From NCBI RefSeq assembly GCF_000143415.4, contig NW_003314308.1:1158654-1222653 (forward strand): a stretch of 64,000 nt of DNA, in the 5' to 3' direction. This document shows positions 33,330 through 44,899 of this stretch, in pieces. Source of the DNA: Selaginella moellendorffii (lineage: Eukaryota; Plantae; Lycopodiophyta). Below the pieces are notes generated by a model. It saw nothing but the letters and a program-made list of their open reading frames with translations, made no database searches and was not told the DNA's origin. The translations under genes were made by a program, and so were the position numbers. Each line of letters starts with the position of its first letter. The first letter of the stretch is position 1.

Positions 33330-33575
33330 TATTCATTTAGATTAATCTTGTATTTATAATTTATAAACATATTTATAATTAATAAACTTTCTTAAACCCT
33401 TTTTAGTATATTCTTTTTTATTCTATCATTTAATGGTTGATATAATCTTGTGTTTATAAATTATAAACATGCTTATAATTATATACTTTATTTGATCAAT
33501 TGGATTAATAAGTAACAATTACACTACTATTAAGTAAACCAAGCATTACTACATGCAACAGGTAATAATTTATTT
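33330..33575. repeat. AT-rich dispersed repeat with an inverted copy at ~43735-44143
   Basis: Reverse complement matches 43735-43838 plus 44012-44143 (e.g. TTTATTTGATCAATTGGATTAATAAGTAA). Confidence 0.75.
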
Positions 33576-33721
33576 TTAAGATTGTGAGATGAAATAATTT
33601 TAAATTATTATGTATAGAGTTTAGAAAATTAAGTATGATAAACATAAAAATAATTGATTAAAAATGGGAAAATTAAATAAAATTTCTTCATTCGAACCTT
33701 AGGGTTCTTGGGAGCAATGCG

Positions 33722-35660
33722 ATGGTTGGGGCGGCATTGCTGCTGCTACTGGCTGGGCGGGAGGCATTCAGGTACTGCAATCTCCGACTACATTCCTCCG
33801 GATTCAAGGGTGCTCGCAACGCCGTCGAGTCGGCGCAGTTCTCGCGGGTACTTAGGAGCAGCAGGATCAGCCACGCCGTCCTGGGGAGCGGCGAGGGATT
33901 CCAAGAGCTGGACGAGATGCTAGAGAAGATCGCCACGATGCCCGATCCATCGCAGGGATATGGCTTCGTTCTCAGGCAGATTGGCGAGCGCAAGGCGCTG
34001 GCACAGGGCAAGCGCGTCCATGCTCACATCTTGAGGACCAGGAAGTGGAAGTCGAGCGCCGTCGTCTCCAATCTCCTCGTCCAGATGTATTGCCAGTGCG
34101 GCAGTGTGGATCTGGCGCGCGAGGTCTTCGCCGGCACGATCCATCGCAACGAGCAGTCGTGGAGCTCGATGATCGCGGGCTACGTCCACCATGGCCGCCA
34201 CAGGGAAGCGCTCGATCTCTTCCTCAACCTGGAATGCGAGCAGCGCGTCCAGCCTAATCGATCCATCTTCGCCAGCGCTCTCGCGGCTTGCACCCACTTG
34301 GGCGATCTGGAACATGGCCGAAGGATCCACGAGCGCATTCATCACTCAAAGATCGCTGGAGTTCACGACGTGGTGATTGGGAACGCACTGGTGACGATGT
34401 ATGCCCGGTGTGGGGATTTGGTGTCGGCCCGTGAGTTTTTCGAGGGGATGCGAGAGAAGAATGCCATGTCGTGGAACGCTATCATCTCGGCTTACGTCCA
34501 AGGCGGCCATCCCCGGAAAGCTCTCGAGCTCTTTGCGAGGATGACAGGGAAGTTAAACAGCTTCGTTTTCGCCAGCGCTTTCACTGCTTGCTCCATGGTG
34601 GGAGAGATTGATCTCGGTAAGAAACTCTATGCAAGGTTTGTCGAGAGTGGACTAAAGCCGGATTTGATCGTGCAGAACGCTCTGATGAGCATGTATGCCA
34701 AGTGTGGAGACTTGGACGAGGCGAGGAGGACTTTTCTCGAGCTTCCAACGCGTGATGTCGGTGCATGGGCGTGTCTCATGGCCGGATATGCTCAGCACGG
34801 AGATTTCGCTCGGGCTCTCGAGCTCTACAACAGGATGAGAGACGAGAAGGTGGAGGCTAACGCGGCCATTTTCTCCACGCTCATCGCGGCTTGTTCCACT
34901 CTGAAAGAAGGTGAGCTTGTGAGAGACCTTGCCTTTTCTTGTGGATTTGAGGCTGATCCAATCGTGCAGGCTTCTCTGGTCGGAATGTATGGGAAGCACG
35001 GCAAGATCGAGGAAGCGAGACGTTTTTTATAACATTCATGGCGAAAACAAAGACGTGGCTGCCTGGTCGAGCATCATTTCGGCTTACGCTCGGCACGGGT
35101 TGACGGACGAGGCTTTGAGGCTGTTTTGGAGGATGGTTTCTCGAGGGGTGGAGCCAAGTGCCATGATTTTCAAGAGCGTTATATGCTGCTGCGCGAGCGG
35201 TGAGGCTCTGGAGCAAGGCAAGGCCGTCCATGCACGGCTGAAGGAGAGCCCGGGCAGGGAAGACTCGGCAGTCCAGAACGCGCTCGTTGGGATGTATTGC
35301 AAGTGTGGGAGTCTGGACGATGCAAGAGCCGCCTTCGACGTGATCAAACGCAGAGATCGGCACACCTGGACGACCTTGATCATGGCTTACGTCCAGAACA
35401 GGAAGCCGGAGAAAGCGCTGGAGCTTTATCACGGCATGGACGTGGAACCCAACGAGTTTATTCTTGCCAGTGTTGCAGCAGCTTGCTCCAGCTTAGGTTC
35501 TCTCGAGCAAGGCATGGCTGTCCACTGTCGAGCAAAGTCACTCGAGCTTCTCGGGTGTGAGGTCCTGGGAACTGCACTGCTTGACATGTATGTCAAGTGT
35601 AAGAGACTGGACGAGGCCAGGAAACTCTTCTGGGAGCTCCAGGCTACGAACGTCCCCTAA
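33722..35660 (+). pseudogene. PLS PPR pseudogene (frameshift ~35025, truncated ~35640)
   Basis: PPR frame switches in the T6 run at ~35023-35028; no E domain; ends in unrelated sequence. Confidence 0.8.
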
Positions 35661-36261
35661 TGGTGGGAGGATACGCCCAACCTGGGGACTCGTCTCAAGC
35701 TCGAGAGACGTGGGCGTTCCTGGGGAGGATCAAAACGTCTCCGGGCTTGCAGCAGCTCATCACCGCTGCTTGAATTCCACACGTAGAGCCGTTCACCAAG
35801 GACCACGAGTACCCTGCTCCGAAAAGCTCGGCGGCCATTTGCTGCCCTTCGGCTATGGCTTCTTGTGGCAGTGCAAGTTATCTAGGCCTGGCAGCTCCGG
35901 GAGATGAAACTGGAAGAGTTGAGCTCCGAGAAGCTTGGAAATCGAAGAGGGCGTTGAGGAGCCGCGGCCGTGGCCTGGGAAGTGAAACGCAGCGGCACGC
36001 TCCTCGCCAGTTCTCTTGAGAGCTTCAAGCAAAGGAGCTGAGGTAGAAGGGAGCAGTATGATTGTTGAGCATAGCTGACAGGGAAAGAAGCACGAATACT
36101 TGATACACTATACTGCTTCAGGAATAGAATGCACAATACAGCACCCCCCTTTATTTAGGGTGGGCCCCTTTTGCTTATTCATTACCATAAATTAAAGATT
36201 GTCCTAGTATATTATTTTCAATTATTTTTAAGTATTTATAAGTACAAAATCAAATATACTA

Positions 36262-37264
36262 TTTATTCTATTATAACAGCATTCTCTTGATTGTATAGCT
36301 TAATATGACTGTATAGAATATTAAATGCAGCTTCCTTTCTTTCAATATATATTTTTCGCTAAATATATTCTTGAAAGTAAGAGCTGTATAATCCTTTTGT
36401 TGTACCATAGTGAGGAAAAGATCTTTTCACTGCATTCCATATTGATTCAATATGATTTGCATGAACTCTAGTTATGGGATCAACAAAATTTTAAAAGTGG
36501 TTGACTATATAATGAATGAAGTTCAATTAATTCAACCACTTTGAATTATAACTAGCCCAACAATCACTATATATATTTGTTCCTAAAAAATTAATTATAA
36601 TTATTAGTTAAGAATAATAGTAGAAATAGAACTTACCTGGTCTAACATATGTATATAATATATCAGTTAAAGTTTGTGTAGTACAATAGGCCACTGAAAC
36701 CATAAACATTCGATCCAAATCACGTTCAATTCCTCCAACAACTCACCGGCCTTCTACTCTTCTACCACGATTATATTTCCACTTGCCAAACTTACTTTCA
36801 TTAATTTCCACAATTCTTCCTAGACCATCAATTTTTTTACTACCTCATTGTAATGTGATAACACAAATATCACGACAAAAGTTGTACCAATTTGTTGTTG
36901 TGTGCTCACTTTTAATACTACACTCAATATGAGTTTTATCTTGTGGCATTTTAATGCACCAACAATACATCACTTTAAGCATTTGAGCAAATGTGAGATT
37001 ACTATTTGCAAACCATGTATTAATTCTAAGAGATTTTGTGGTATTGCAATTTTTACAATTCCACTTTAAACCATCTTTACAACCTCGATTATTAGATCAA
37101 TATCTTATTGGTCGATGGCATCTTTCACATTCTCTCCCTTGTGGAAGAAGACTAACCGTAATACAAAAAGTAAAAGAATTTACTTTACTATTAGTTCTCT
37201 TAATAAGATCAGAAAAAGAAAGAATACTATCTTGAGTATGATCTACATATTCCAATCTAGCCAT
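36262..37264 (-). mobile_element. Degenerate Merlin/IS1595 (ISXO2-like) DDE transposase with a 54-bp spliceosomal intron
   Basis: Manual translation: CERC...WNCKNC zinc ribbon, WYNFCRDIC, IVEINESKFGKWKYNRGRRVEGR*VVGGIER, RPG|TNIYSDCWASY, VNHF*NFVDPITRVHANHIESIWNAVK; intron 36636-36583. Confidence 0.88.
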
Positions 37265-38058
37265 AATACTAAAGAGAATGAATAAAATTAAACCAATTGT
37301 AGATTATATATTTATAAGTTATAGCCATTCATTCACTAGCTAATTAAAAAATTATAGTTGTTAACATATCTGTTAACAACATCTACTAACTAAAGTTTAA
37401 CGTTACTAATTTAGAGTTAGTCATTAAACATTTAGGGTGCAAAGCTGGGCGTGACTAAGCATACTATGAAGGAAGCAAGGGGTGAGCGTGGCAAAGAAGC
37501 AACCACATAAAAGAGGGGGGTGTTGTATTATGCATTTCCTAGAAGCTTTCATCTAGTGACACAAAAGTCTCCAACTAATTCTTCTCTTCCACAAAAGTGT
37601 GGAGCAAATTCCTCCAGCAAGGGAAAAAATGCCAGAATCAATTTAGAGTGAGTAGTGTTACAGCATAAACAATCAGAGTGTTTACATGAGTTTATTTAGC
37701 TTCTCCAATGCTTGTTTTACATCTTCAACACTTGCAATTTTCTTAAGTAAATTGTTTATCGTCTTCAATGCATAATATTTATGCCCTTTTCTATTTTTGA
37801 ATGCTTGAATGACAATTCCATTATTGGGCTGCAAGCAAAAGGACTCTGGCTTGTCGTCCACAATCACTGTGTGTTTGAGGTCCCGCCTTAATCTCAAGAG
37901 ATCCTTCACAACCTTTTTCCCTTTGACTTCCTTAGTCGAGCACGAATCTTTGTAGAGATGATGGGCAAAGAGATTCCCAGCTAGGTTGAGCTTGTCCAAA
38001 GTCTTGTCCACATATGGCTTGATTGCTCAAGTAAAAACCACAATCTCATATATCTTAC

Positions 38059-39546
38059 TGTAACGTATATAAATATGGGATGAGATTTGGATATACTGTT
38101 ACTGTGGATCCTTACAACTTTGGAGAATAAATAAGGATAAAATAGCTATTAAAGGCTTTTTCATCAAGTAATTACCTCATTGTAAACTCTTGAGTTTGGA
38201 CTTCCCAAGAGATCACCCAACCCAGTACTATTCAAACCCAAAGATGCTTAACTCCAACTATTGCTTAAAGATGCTTAACTCTTAACCGATTGGAAAAGGG
38301 GGTGCGCTCTTGTTTATGGGCCCTTTCCTTCTATATTTGAACCTCAACGGATTGTCTCTCAAATTCACGCCTTCGTGAACGGAAATTGAGAGCCGCAGCT
38401 CTCCCGAGAGCCCCGCTCTCTTGACACCCTACCCCTCGGGTCGAGCACAGTAGAAGTAAACTAGACCAGCCAAATGTCAATCAACATGTGGTGTGATTCC
38501 CCTAGCCAACCAATAGAGTGTAAGCAACCAAAGGGAACAACTTGAGAGACGATCCGTTAGGGTTCAAATATAGAGGGAAAGGGCCCATGAGCTAACATAC
38601 AGTCGGATCCGACACCCACTCTAATACCGAATGTAACCTCCTGAGTTTGGACTTCCTAGGTCACCCAACTCAGTAATATTCGAACCCAAGGACGTTTAAC
38701 TCCAACTATCCCAAGACCCTTAACCGATTAGAAAAGAGAGACGATCCGTTAGGGTTCAAATAGTACTGGGTTTGGCTTAGGAGCTTACATAGAGTCGGAC
38801 CCGACACCCACTCTAATACCAAATGTAAGCTCCTGAGTTTGGACTTCCTAGGTCACCCAACCCAGTAATATTCAAACCCAAGGACGTTTAACTCCAACTA
38901 TCCCAAGACCCTTAACCGATTAGAAAAGAGGGTGCACTCTTGTTCATGGGCCCTTTCCCTCTATATTTGAACCCCAATGGATCGTCTCTCAAGTTGTTCC
39001 CTTTGGTTGCTTACACCCATTTCTAGTTGGTTTAAGAGGAGAAAGATAGGGTATGCTATATGTGGTATCAGAGCAAATGGCATAAGTGGCTACTTAAAAA
39101 TATAATATACCCTTGAGTAAGGTATATTCTTACCTTTAAATTTGAAATTATACGTATTAGGCATCCATACGTACGTCCTTCCTTTTGGTGGAGCATCTAT
39201 GGACGAAGGTATCCACCGTAAGACTGCAGTACAGGTGACTAGTTGCCTCACATGGAATAGTTAATCTACATAATGGAAGGATTTGTATATTCAATGTGAA
39301 GATAAAAATGTTTGTTCCTTTTGGCTCAGTAGGGGTTGTTAGTCAATAGTTAATGAGGACATTGACATCTCTGAAAGGGGGTGAGTGTAACACATATGAT
39401 TATGAAATGAGATTTGGATATACTGTCATCATAGATCCTTGGAACCTTGGGAATAAATAGGGATAAAATAATCATTAAAGGTTCTCTCATTAAGTGATTA
39501 CCCTTTTTCCAATTGGTTTAAGGGAAAAAAGATAAATCATGCTACA
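38059..39546 (+). mobile_element. TRIM (miniature non-autonomous LTR retrotransposon)
   Basis: ~161-bp LTRs (39386-39546, TG...CA; left copy 38059-38180 + 39016-39060); PBS TGGTATCAGAGC 39063-39074; PPT GAAAGGGGGTGAG 39373-39385; TSD CTTAC/TTTAC. Confidence 0.9.
38181..39015 (-). mobile_element. Cassandra-like TRIM with 5S-rRNA-derived LTRs, rearranged tandem, nested in the left LTR of the host TRIM
   Basis: 192-bp LTR TGTAAGC...GCTTACA (38824-39015) plus copies at 38181 and 38632; each carries a 5S-like A/C-box core; degenerate tRNA-iMet PBS; TSD CTCAT/CCCAT. Confidence 0.82.
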
Positions 39547-39880
39547 TTTACTCATCTCTTTTAAAAAGTTATTCACACCTGGCCTCTTTGCCACAAGGTA
39601 GCATTGTAGTGAAATAGTTTCCCCACTAAAGAGCTTGAGGGACACTATGGCCTTGTGAGCATGGATTAATGTCTTATTTATGTCCAACACAAACATGGGT
39701 TTCTTCTCCAAAGCTGGCAGCAGTAGCAAAAAATGGTTTAACAACTTCACCTTTTTCTTTTTCTCTTTAGTGGTGATGTCAAGCATCACAAAACTCCACT
39801 CCTACTCCTGTGGCTTTTTCATAGATGATAGAAACAATGTAAGCCCTAGCTTAATCATAACAAACCTTTATATATCAAGT

Positions 39881-41560
39881 TTAATTTTGGCTAAGCAGCA
39901 CATAGAAATTTGACTGTAACACCAACCCTAGCGCCGAGAGTCTCTGGGCAGCTCGAGCTCCACACTCAAAATCCTTGTGAATCTTCTGGCAAGCAGCCAA
40001 CAGTGAGACCCAAGCAATGCTTTCGGGCTCGAAGGGCATGTTGTGGATGAGCTCCTCGGCCTTGTCCAGCTCTCCAGCCCTTGCAAATGCGTCAATAAGC
40101 CCACAATAGTGTTCTCCTGTGGGCTCGACTCCATAGTCCCAAATCATTGATTGGAAGTAGTCTCGAGAGATTTTCACCACGTCTGAGTGGCAGCATGCTG
40201 CAAGCATGCTTGTAAAGACTATGTGATCAGGCATCATGCTCTCCTGGATGATCCTATGGAAGGTTTCCAAGGCCTCAGTTACATGCCCAGTGGAAGCATA
40301 CATGGCCACCATTGCAGTCCATGAGACCAAGTCTTGCTCTGGCATTCTCTCGAACCAAACTCGAGCTTCCAAGAGGAGTCCCTTGTGAGCAAAGCCAACC
40401 ACTATTGCCATCCAGGCGATTGCATTGCGCTCCTCGATTGCCTGGAAGAGGCTTATCCCTTCTTGGAGGTGGCCATTCCAGAGATAGGCCGAGAGGAGTG
40501 CTGTGCTCGCCATCTTGCTATTGTAAGGCATTTGATCGAAAATAAACTTTGCATTTTCAAGATGGTTTCTAGAGGCGAGCATATGGATCATTGTTGTCCA
40601 AGAGATCTCATCGCGGTGAGCCATCTTTTGGAAACAATCTAGTGCCTCATTCAAATGCCCATTTGCGGCATATGCTCAAAGCATGGAGTTCCAAGCCACC
40701 ACGTCTTTGTTTGGCAGCCTCTCAAACAAGGCTGTAGCCTCTTCCACGCAGCCATTAGATGTGTAGCCGTCCATCATAGCCGTAAATGCCACCTCATTAA
40801 GATCCGGAGCATCTTCAAAGAGAATCTTTGCTTGCTCCGTGTGCCCTGCCTGGGCATATGCTGTGATCATGGTCGTCCATGTTACTACATTCCTTGTGGG
40901 CATTCTATCAAAGAGATCCTTAGCTTCATCCAGCCGTTGGTTCTGGCAGTGGCCTTGGATCATGGCCGTCCACGCCACCACGTCCTTTTGGGGCAGGGAA
41001 TCGAACACCTCACGCGCGCGTAAGAGATGCCCGTTATGGGCATATGCCACGATCATGGCGGTGCTAGAAACGAGGGTTTGCTCCGGCATGGAGTGGAATA
41101 CCGCCTCCGCCTCGCCGAGATTGCCAGTCTGCGAGTACATCTCGATCATCACGTTCCAGGTGATGGAATTCTTGGCAGGGATGCGATCGAAGAGCTGCTT
41201 GGCGCGCTGCACGTCTCCGGCCGCGGCGTATGCCGAGATCATGGCGTTGCTGGACACAATCTCCTGCTGCGGCATGCTTTCCAGGACCGATCGCGCCTGC
41301 TCCAGGTCGTGGTTGCGAATGTAGGCCTGGAGGATGAGATTCCAAGAGAAGAGATTGCGATCCGGGGTGGAATCGAAGACCGATCGCGCTTCCTCCAGGC
41401 AGCCGCAGCGGCCATACATCTGGACGAGGAGATTTCGCAGGAAAACGCTGTTCTTGTGGTCGCTGTGAAGGATCTGGGCGTGGATCTGGCGGCCATCGCT
41501 GGGATTGTCGCAAGATCTGACGAGGGCGGCAAGCTCTTGGACGCCAAGAACGCGCATCAC
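39881..41560 (-). pseudogene. PPR gene (short-repeat type, E domain) with a single in-frame TGA
   Basis: The two ORFs share one frame: VVAWNSML*AYAANGHLNEALD; stop at 40678-40676. Confidence 0.85.
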
Positions 41561-43179
41561 ATCATGGCCGTTGGATGATGGGGACGTCCGAGGTTCAAAT
41601 CCTGGCAGGTTCTAGCTTCTAGCCACGAAGTTTTTATGGTACGCGGCGAAAACTCTTCCCCCATCGCGCAGCCTCACTCCAAATGCCGGAGGCAGTCGCA
41701 ATTCAATTAATTTCCATTTTTTCTTGTGGCTTTGGATGGATTTCTCTTGCTGCAAATGCCCAGACCAGGCTGCAAGCAGTGTAAAATCAAATGCTCTATT
41801 CATCCCCTTTTTGGATCAGATTGCAAGAAGGCACACTACTACTCTTTAGAAAAATCCAGATGTCAAAGTTACCAGCTTTGATGTTTTTGGGTTCTTGTCG
41901 TTGTGTTGATAATGGGGAGCTGTTCTGATGGTATATTGTTAATAGTTTTTGCAAGCTTGTGGAGAGAGCATTAGAAATATAACTTGTGGTTGGCACTTTG
42001 TCATTGTACGTAGTCCTGTGTGATTGATGAGGCAATCTCTATATTAAATTTCAAACCCAAATTTCTTAGGATTATATCAATACAAAATTCAAAATAGATC
42101 CATTATATTCAAAGCAAATTGAATTGGTGTTAAATGAACCCCTTGATAATATTCCCAAAAAAAAATAGAGGGTCATTGATTTATTCGTACAAAAATTTTC
42201 TACTACTCATGCAATTTTTTATTTCCAAAAAGCATCTTAGTGTTCAGACCTTCCACTATAACAGCACTAACAAACGTTGTTAACACCAAAGCCTCTACCC
42301 AAAAAATGAATGTCATCAATCTAAAAAATGCCAATAACACCAATAAATATAACCAACTTTATCACATATTCAATATGAGCCAAACCACATCTTTGCCTTT
42401 GTCTTTGAATTCAATTAACGATAACATTAACCTCCACTAGAATAGGATTATCTTTCATATGAAGTGGAGTTGAAAGATGTTTAACAAAAAGTGAAAGAGG
42501 TAATGTTTTATAACATTATGTCATGTGAAAAGTATTGTCAAGGGTGGCTAAAGTAAATGTATACACAAGTTTTATAAAATTTTGACAAAATGCTAGTAAT
42601 AACATTCCTAACTTGATCTACTTTAATATATTTAACTCTACATGAAGCAAAAGGTTTTAAAAATGAATGCCAAATTGCATCACTCACTCAAATGCCTCTT
42701 GATGAAAATTGTCCAATTACTATAAAGCATCATCACAATTGTCAACATGCTTAAATGTGTAGTTTAAAACATTCAGAAAAATACTCTAATCTACATGAAT
42801 GGCTACACTAAAAGTATTATACTACTATAATGTTATCCTTGGAAACTCATGCAAATATAGAGCATTATCCCAAAAATGATATGTGATAATCACCATAAAG
42901 CAATCAAACTAATGATATATATCAATCGCTAGGATTACCATGAAAGAACTCTAGCCAAACATAACGATTAGCAACAAGAGCAAGAAGAATTGTACCATGC
43001 ACCATGAATGTTGCCATTAATTGAATTTGATTGTTCAATTGCAACAACAAAGCAAAAAGAAAATAAATTGAAAAAGCTACAAAGAAAAGGAAATTTAGAC
43101 AATGTAAAATTTAGACTTAAACCAAAATCCCAATTCTAAGCACTTCTTAGAGACAATTACTATTCCTCACTTCCATCAA

Positions 43180-43352
43180 TGTGAGTGTATGAAATATAGA
43201 AATGGAATATAGAAATATACATACCAATTAGCCAAAAAACCTTAGCTTATATATAAAAATGAGTGGTCCAAGTTACAATTAATCTAATGGTTATCAAAAT
43301 TCAATTACACTAATATTAATATATAGCATCATACATGTAAACTTGGACCTCA
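43180..43352. repeat. ~172-bp TG...CA repeat, copy 1 (solo-LTR-like, older)
   Basis: Colinear with 43839-44010. Confidence 0.7.
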
Positions 43353-43838
43353 TAAACAGACCTTTTTAAAAATATATAGTGTTCTTAAAAGAATGAACTA
43401 TATTTATTTATTATATGCAATTCAAAAGGAAGGAATTTACAATTTCATTTATAATGGTGGTAGGGTATTTGGCATAATTGTAAAATGGTATTTCTTTGTT
43501 ATATAAAATATAAAAAATACATCTTAATACTTCTAAATTTAAAATTAAATGAATTATCAAACATTAAAGTATTACACAAAGTCAATTTCTTCAAATCAAA
43601 GTTAATGTTAATTAATGTTTAAAATACAATGCTAAGCAATTTTTACTAAAGAAACTAAAATTTTAAAAATTAATCTATGCTAAATACTATATGAATTAAA
43701 TATGTGAAAAATGATAAAATCATATTATAATTCTAATAAATTGCTACATGTTATATGTAGCAACGCTTGGTTTGCTTAATAGTAGTGTTATTCTTACTTA
43801 TTAATCCAATTGATCAAATAAAATTTATAATTATAAGT

Positions 43839-44010
43839 TGTGAGTGCCTGGAATATGAAAAGGGAATATAGAAATGTGCATATCAATTAGCCCAAAAACC
43901 CTAGTTTATATACAGGAGCGAGTGATCCGGATTGAAACCAATCCAACGGCTACCAAAATCCCACTACGCTAATATTAGTATACGGCATCATAGCCGTACA
44001 TTGGCCCTCA
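43839..44010. repeat. ~172-bp TG...CA repeat, copy 2 (solo-LTR-like), inserted into the AT-rich repeat
   Basis: Interrupts the sequence that is contiguous at 33330-33575. Confidence 0.7.
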
Positions 44011-44216
44011 TAAAGCATATTTATAATGTATAATTACAAGATCATATCAACCATGATAGAATAAAAAGGAATATACTATAAAGGGTTTAAAAAATTTATA
44101 AATCATTAACATGTTTATAAATTATAAATATAAGATTAATCTAACAAGTTTGCTTAAGCAAACCAAAAACTCATAAATAAAAGAACTATATAAATATCAT
44201 TACAAATAATGTCTAA

Positions 44217-44328
44217 CTTAAATCTACTTCTAAAATGTGCAAATAAATTAAATTATTATTTTAAAAAATATCTTAAATCTACTTCTAAAATGTGCAAATA
44301 AATTAAATTATTATTTTAAAAAATATCT
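44217..44328. repeat. Tandem duplication of a 55-bp AT-rich unit
   Basis: CTTAAATCTACTTCTAAAATGTGCAAATAAATTAAATTATTATTTTAAAAAATAT x2. Confidence 0.9.
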
Positions 44329-44899
44329 CAATGTGTGTTTTTGTGTTGCAATTAAGATATATAAGGTGGTTAAGCTCGTGAGGGGAACTTAGCCCTGACA
44401 AAACATATAAGATCAAACTTAATAATTAAATAACATAGTGTGCATTATCCTTATTTAGATATTTTTATTTAAATTTTAAGAATAAATACTCTTTCAAATT
44501 AAAATTATTACCTCCCATTTTTCTTAATAATCTTACCCTATTTAGTTTAACTATAAATTTTAATTGTAAAATAACATAAAAAATTAAATATAAAAAATTG
44601 GATTAACTTTAGTGTTAGTTTCTTTATGACTTAATTATGTTGATTTAAACTCAATTCCACCTAACTGAATCATCATGACACTTAGAAATGTTAATCTCTG
44701 TCTGCATTTGAAATATTATAAAATTGACTATATAAAGCTTTTTGTATTTTAAAATTATTATATTAATTATTATATCATGTACGTATAAAATAAGAAATTA
44801 ATGATAATTTTGGTTCGATTTAAGTAAAAGATCTTGAAACTATATTACTATCATACTTTATTTATGAAATTTAAATGATCGTGGAGTAAGTCCAAAATG

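Larger units (their letters stand above)
37682..39789 (-). pseudogene. NIF/SCP1-like HAD phosphatase pseudogene split by a TRIM
   Basis: FVLDINKTLIH...KRPG..FLKEMSK joins IYEIVVFT*A..Y...VKDL..L.RDL..TVIVDDKPESFCLQPNNGI across the insertion; DxDxT motif degenerate; internal stop. Confidence 0.85.

Noticed and set aside
35640-36150. Insert truncating the PPR (possible LTR fragment)
   Set aside because: No termini, PBS or coding motif identifiable by eye
36153-37439. ATTTAGGGTG direct repeat as the Merlin TSD
   Set aside because: Sequences just inside are not inverted repeats and the motif is telo-like, so element ends are left undefined
38197-38893. Bona fide 5S rRNA genes
   Set aside because: Only ~55-bp diverged cores inside LTRs; no full 120-nt gene or terminator
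41575-41625. tRNA-like GGTTCAAATCC T-loop/B-box
   Set aside because: No acceptor, D or anticodon arms can be built
41800-43150. AT-rich tract possibly a decayed TE ORF
   Set aside because: No protein motif recovered in the frames examined
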